A DNA stretch of 64,000 nucleotides from Octopus vulgaris (Eukaryota). The translations under genes and the position numbers were made by a program. Shown here in pieces: positions 58,292-64,000 of the stretch; position 1 is the stretch's first letter, and every line of letters starts with the position of its first letter. The stretch spans positions 68,820,001 through 68,884,000 of the forward strand of contig OX597825.1 of the NCBI GenBank assembly GCA_951406725.2, given 5' to 3'. Under the pieces are notes generated by a model. That model ran no database searches, was not told the origin of the DNA, and was given only the letters and a program-made list of their open reading frames with translations.

Positions 58292-58870
58292 AAATGTTTT
58301 TTTATTTTTTTAAAACCAAAACAATGCGAGACATAAAGCCTTAATAATATAGTTCGATAATTAGTATATTCACGCATGTAAACATATAAGCGCTGGTATG
58401 GCTCTGGTATGAAATTCTTTTCCCAACCACATGGTTTCAGGTTCAGTTCCATTGCGTGGCAACTTGTACATTTGTCTTCTATAATAGCAAAGCAACGCTT
58501 CTTCAGTAGATTTGGTAGAGGAAACTGAAAGAAGTTCGTCGGATATATATATATATATATATATATAACAATCTTACTTAGAAAGGGATGCGTGCGTTCT
58601 GTCATATAATAAATAATAAATAAATAAAAAAAATATATGCATATATACATACATATATGTACGTACCTACCTCTACATGTATATATACATGCATATATGG
58701 GTACAGGACACCAAAAAAAGTCGAACACAATGAGAAACGAAAACATAAACACAAAACCAAGGAAATGGACATTTTTAAAAAACAACGAAAAAAAGAGTAC
58801 AGGACATACAAAACAAGGAAAATTTCCCTTCTTCAGTCGCCTTAATTTCATCTACTCCACGTTTCGACGG

Positions 58871-58914
<44 letters not shown>

Positions 58915-59012
58915 AAGGAGAATTCATAAAAAACAAACAAACCAAAAGACGAAGACAGGTGGTGTAGACAACAAACAGATGTATTAGTTTAACGCTCAGG
59001 AAGTGAAAATGT

Positions 59013-59048
59013 ATTTAACGTTTCGAGCCTACGCTCTTCCACAGAAAG
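59013..59048 (-). ncRNA. Minimal hammerhead-like motif (variant core CTGTGGA)
   Basis: Minus strand: CTTT-CTGTGGA-A-GAGC GTAG GCTC-GAAA-CG-TT-AAAT, in a ~210-bp element flanked by (TA)n. Confidence 0.6.
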
Positions 59049-59337
59049 GAACACTGAACAAAGCAAGGAAAGAAAATAAAGAGTGAAAATATATAATGTG
59101 TAGTGGTTAGCGATCTATCATGGTGAATATATATATATATATATAGACATCTTTCTATAAAAATCTATAGGCATGCAGGCGTATATATATATATATGCAT
59201 TCTCTCTATAATGTATAATATATATATATATATATAATATAAATATATAATGTGTGTTATATATATATATATATACATATACGCGCACACATACATATAT
59301 ACATATTTACATATACATATACATTTATATATATATT

Positions 59338-59376
<39 letters not shown>

Positions 59377-60604
59377 ATATATATATATGTAAACATATAT
59401 GTATTTATACATATGTATATATATATGTATACATATAAAAACACATACAGATTTATATATCGTATACAGACTTGTATTACCTATATTTTTTTTGATGAAA
59501 TTATCAGAATCCTAGTTGCGATTGACTGACTTCTCTTTGCGGGCCAGAAAAGACGTAGCCATTCATACATGGTTTGCTAATAAAAGAGAACAAACATCCA
59601 TACAACGCCGAAGCGTAGAATCAACTGTCAGTCAGCCATGTTTTTCCGACGCGTCTTTCCAACGCTTCCACGTCTCGTCAAAAGAAGGAAAGCCGATCTT
59701 TTCTGCAATATAAATTATTTGTTTTTAAAATTGCTTTTAGGTATGGAGTTTCACACGAACATCGGACACACTTGATTGAAGTTTGAACGATCGTTTTGGA
59801 AGAGCTCATTACTAAGAGGAAATTTCAGCCGGTTGTTGACACGAAACTCAAAACTGACCAGACATCTTGGATGAAAAGGTTTGACTACGAAGTCAAACGG
59901 AAACCCCAAATTAGAATCAGAAATCAAGACGTTCTACACAATATGTTACTCCAATTATAAAGCTGTAATTTGTCGATAAACACACATCGCTGGGTAAAGA
60001 TATTGGAAATCACTGTAAGTCGTCATTGTAAAATCGATCGTGGACAACACACGGACACATACATATACAGGTTCACACACACAAACACATCGATAAAAGC
60101 CACCCACGGTGTTTATTTCAGCGGCGTAGGAAGAGCAATAATTATCAATGTGCTATTATTGTTCGCGTGCTGCAAGAGAAGTAGAGAAAACTTTTCTTTA
60201 TGACTGAATAAATTTTCGGTTGAATGTATCCAACACAATGAAAGCATTAACCAATTTCAGGCAGATTGTTGCAGATTGTTTCGAGAAAATCAAATAATTT
60301 TTGAATACAAATGAAAGCAAGAAATTAATGATTCCTAGACAAAAAGAAAAGAAAGAAAAACAAACAAAAAACAAAATCAAAAGCAAAACAAAAATAAAAC
60401 TGAATCAAAAATCTAAATATAAATGCTGCAACAGATTATCTGAGAATTCACTGTTAACTGACACCAGCCGAAAGGAGATCAGGCTTGGCTGAGTGGTTAA
60501 GAAGCTCGCTTTGAAATCAAGTGGCTTCAGGTTCAGACTAATTGCTTGTGAGCGAAATTTTGTAGACAGAAACTGTATGGAAGCCCGTCATTTATACATA
60601 TATA

Positions 60605-60925
60605 TAACGAGGGAGATAAATTGAATATTGATTTAATTAATATCAATTTAAAACCAGTAGCCTAGCATATATAAAAGATCTGAATATTCAGAAAAAATTT
60701 TAATACATGTGACGAGTCTGCGGACGAAAAAATTACGTAAGTAATTTATCGGTAATAGACGAATCCGGTCTTCGATTAATTCTTGATTTTTTATATATAT
60801 TTTCATCTGTCTTGCCCGCTTGTGTTCTGGTGTTTACTGAACTTCTCTAGAGAACATTCTTTTCTTTGTAGTTAGACCGTATGTGATCTAACATATTGAT
60901 TATTCACCTAGTGGTTATCCCTAAA
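60605..60925 (+). mobile_element. Solo Penelope pLTR-like repeat with degenerate hammerhead (60705-60757)
   Basis: Homologous to 12430-12900. Contains GTGACGA-GTC TGCG GAC-GAAA-AAATTAC GTAA GTAATTT-ATC and is flanked by TA repeats. Confidence 0.6.
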
Positions 60926-61270
60926 TATACATATATACGTATATATATATATACGTATATATATATATATATACATATATATTATTTAAATTTTATTTGT
61001 TAGGGAATAAAAATTCCGGCATAACAGAGGTTCAAATTATTTTCAATGAAGAAATAAAATTAAAATTAAATTAATATATATATATATGAGTGTGTGTCTG
61101 TATATATACTAACACCACGCACAACAACCGATGTTCGTTTGTTACGTGCATTTTGCATCAAAAGGTAATATGAGTTTCTCTCATGGCATCTACCGCAGTA
61201 AAGTTTGTTCTATCAGAACTCTCACGTGGAATAAATATTACCAAGTGGTTATAAATATTACTTCTCAACA

Positions 61271-61992
61271 AGGCGGCGAGCTGGCAGAAACGTTAGCACG
61301 CCGGGCGAAATGCGTAGCAGTATTTCGTCTGTCGTTAAGTTGTGAGTTCAAATTGTGAGGTCGACTTTACCTTTCATCTTTTCGGGGTCGATAAATTAAG
61401 TACCAGTTACGCACTGGCAAGTCGATTTACACAAAATATCAAATACATTTAATAGAAAAAAATGTGTATGGATATAAAATTGTCCGACTTACAGAATATA
61501 AATGATATCAGGAGTTACATTTACTCATCTACCGGCTCGCTGATCGTGCTAGAAATAGTAACCATGACTAAAAAGGGTGGCGAGCTGGCAGAAACGTTAG
61601 CACACCAGGTGAAATGCTTAGCGGTATTTCGTCTGCCGCTACATTCTGAGTTCAAATTCCCCCGAGGTCGACTTTGCCTTTCATCCTTTCGGGGTCGATA
61701 AATTAAGCACCAGTTACGCACTGGGGTCGATGTAATCGACTTAATACCTATGTCTGTCCATGTTTGTTCTCTCTGTGTTTAGCCCCTTGTGGGTAGTAAA
61801 GAAATAGGTATTTCGTCTGTCGATACGTTCTGAGTTCAAATTCCGCGGAGGTCGACTTTGCCTTTCATCCTTTCGGGGTCGATTAAATAAGTACCAGTTA
61901 CGCACTGGGGTCGATATAATCGACTTAATCCGTTTGTCTGTCATTGTTTGTCCCCTTTATGTGTAGCCCCTTGTGGGCAGTAAAGAAATAAG
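61271..61992 (+). mobile_element. SINE family A: truncated copy (61271-61417) and dimer (61575-61992)
   Basis: Junction AAGAAATAGGTATTTC at about 61805. Confidence 0.88.
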
Positions 61993-63023
61993 AAATAGTA
62001 ACCAGGACATATCTAATCTCATACTACCGTATAAAATGTATAAAGACAGACTGGATAATTAATCCCATTAGTTCAAATGTACGGTGTGGTGGTCGTTAAG
62101 GCTGGAACGCCTCCTATCTTAGGCTATATAGGGTTAATAGTAGTAGGCTATATAGAAGGCTATATCGGGTTAGTAGTAGTAAAGTTCCTTCTTGAGTCAT
62201 ATAGACTGATAGGACCGGTTTACACAGTTTCCATGGCGTATATATTAACCCCCTGGATGGGACGCCAGCCCATCGCAGCGTTACTCACTTTTGCCAGCTG
62301 AGTGGACTGGAGCAATGTGAAATGAAGTGTTTTGCTCAAGAACACAACGCATCACCCGATCCAGGAAGCGAAACCACAATCTTACGATCACGCTCCAGCA
62401 CCGTAATATAGGGTTAAGCAATTACATTTTTACTTGGTGGTTGTGGAGAAAGGGGTAGTAGCTATGACATTTGCATGTGGTCCCAGGCAGGTGAGATAAA
62501 TGCCATTAATGTTCCGCTTGATCTTCTGTAAGTCAACGCCTGGGAGGAAGCTATTAGCAAGGAAGGAATTCTAGAGAGAAGAGCGTGCTGAGAAGAAAGG
62601 AACGGGCGTAGTGATTAGGGTAGAGCTTGGGGTGGTAATGGACACATCAAGTGTGAAGAGTGGAGAGATAAATCGGGTGGCAATACACCACTGAGATTAA
62701 TTACTTAGAAATATGAATCGTTAGTGTTAGGGTTAGTGTTAACCTTTCTGATATAATGAAGTTTACCAAACTAATTATGAATAATTATGAGACAAGGGAA
62801 AGAGAACATTAGCTCAATGACTAATATTATTTTAATAATTATGTTGTGAGAATTAATATAATAGTTTTGCCGATAACGGAATACAGCTCTGGACATATAG
62901 AGTGGTCCAAAAGACATGCACCGAATAAGTGCAATACGCTTCAGGATTGTCAGAAACGCTTGAATTTTGCTAAAATTGAAAAAAAAAAATTATGGATACA
63001 AAGGTACTTGCACAAGAACAAAA

Positions 63024-63093
<70 letters not shown>

Positions 63094-63119
63094 CAATAAT
63101 AATAATAAAAGTAATAATG

Positions 63120-63156
<37 letters not shown>

Positions 63157-63182
63157 CAATAATAATAATAAAAGTAATAATG

Positions 63183-63249
<67 letters not shown>

Positions 63250-63251
<2 letters not shown>

Positions 63252-63796
63252 GCCCTGATGCAGTACCAGGCAGAGGCTCTCATGGCTTCTGATTGGAAGT
63301 ATTATCATGTACATTGTTTTGTCTTGGTATAAAAGATGGGCTACAGCAAATATTCTGCTCAATACCACAGATTTGTTTGTCAGTTGTTTGACCTTAACCA
63401 GTTGAGCATGTCCCTTAGTGGCTGACGATATGTGCATCTCTGATCACGAGCAGAAGTAGTGGGGGAGCATCATAGCCATGTGTTGAGAGGGATTCTTTGG
63501 GGTTTGAATAATTCACCTCTGGAGACATGGGTGGGTTTTTCAACATCCTTAAACAACCCTTATTCAGGGACCGTTTGAGCGGGATGGGCTACTCAACCTG
63601 AAGAAAATTCTAACTGGGCCCCACCTGCAAGGTCATGTGCAGTTTATCTCGATATGAGATCACCATGCCGCGCACATATGGTTGTGATGCATGTGCCTGG
63701 TGTGCCCTTATCAGACGGGTAGTCATGATGGGTATATTGGGCTTCGTATATTTTACCCCAGTGTCACTTTGATGGCATGAACTGCTCTCTCACTCA
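63250..63796. mobile_element. ~550-bp interspersed repeat (family C) embedded in (AAT)n
   Basis: Second copy of 29190-29748. Confidence 0.85.
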
Positions 63797-63820
63797 ATAA
63801 TAATAATAAAAGTAATAATG

Positions 63821-63880
<60 letters not shown>

Positions 63881-64000
63881 GGAGAGTATTGTAGTTCGCT
63901 TGAAGCATTGTATATTGTTTGTAAAGAATAAAAAGTTTTGAATGGTACAACAATGCACTATAATATAGACAATGGGCTATAGTCTGTATGATATTTCGGA

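Noticed and set aside
58855-58872. GACCGTCGAAACGTGG on the minus strand, half of a hammerhead-like motif
   Set aside because: Truncated by (TA)n with no CTGANGA box, so not counted as a ribozyme.

Overview
AT-rich eukaryotic intergenic or intronic DNA, very probably from an octopus or other coleoid cephalopod (inferred from the SINE families and the extreme (TA)n/(TATG)n/(CA)n/(AAT)n load). No intact protein-coding gene is supported; nearly all supplied ORFs are microsatellite or SINE artefacts. The window holds several tRNA-derived SINE families, a degraded hAT (ZBED1-like) transposase, Tc1/mariner/maT remnants and MITEs, a non-autonomous Helitron, a Helentron-type element, a Penelope-like remnant and one initiator tRNA-Met copy with a damaged D-stem. 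The strongest unexplained signal is a set of about a dozen minimal type I hammerhead-ribozyme motifs. They occur in a 181-bp tandem trimer (retrozyme-like, about 42.2-42.7 kb), in ~200-bp monomers next to (TA)n tracts with co-varying stems and non-canonical cores, and in long fold-back palindromes. One SINE family also forms head-to-tail multimers through the same palindromic junction at six loci. All calls were made by eye, and repeat boundaries are approximate.
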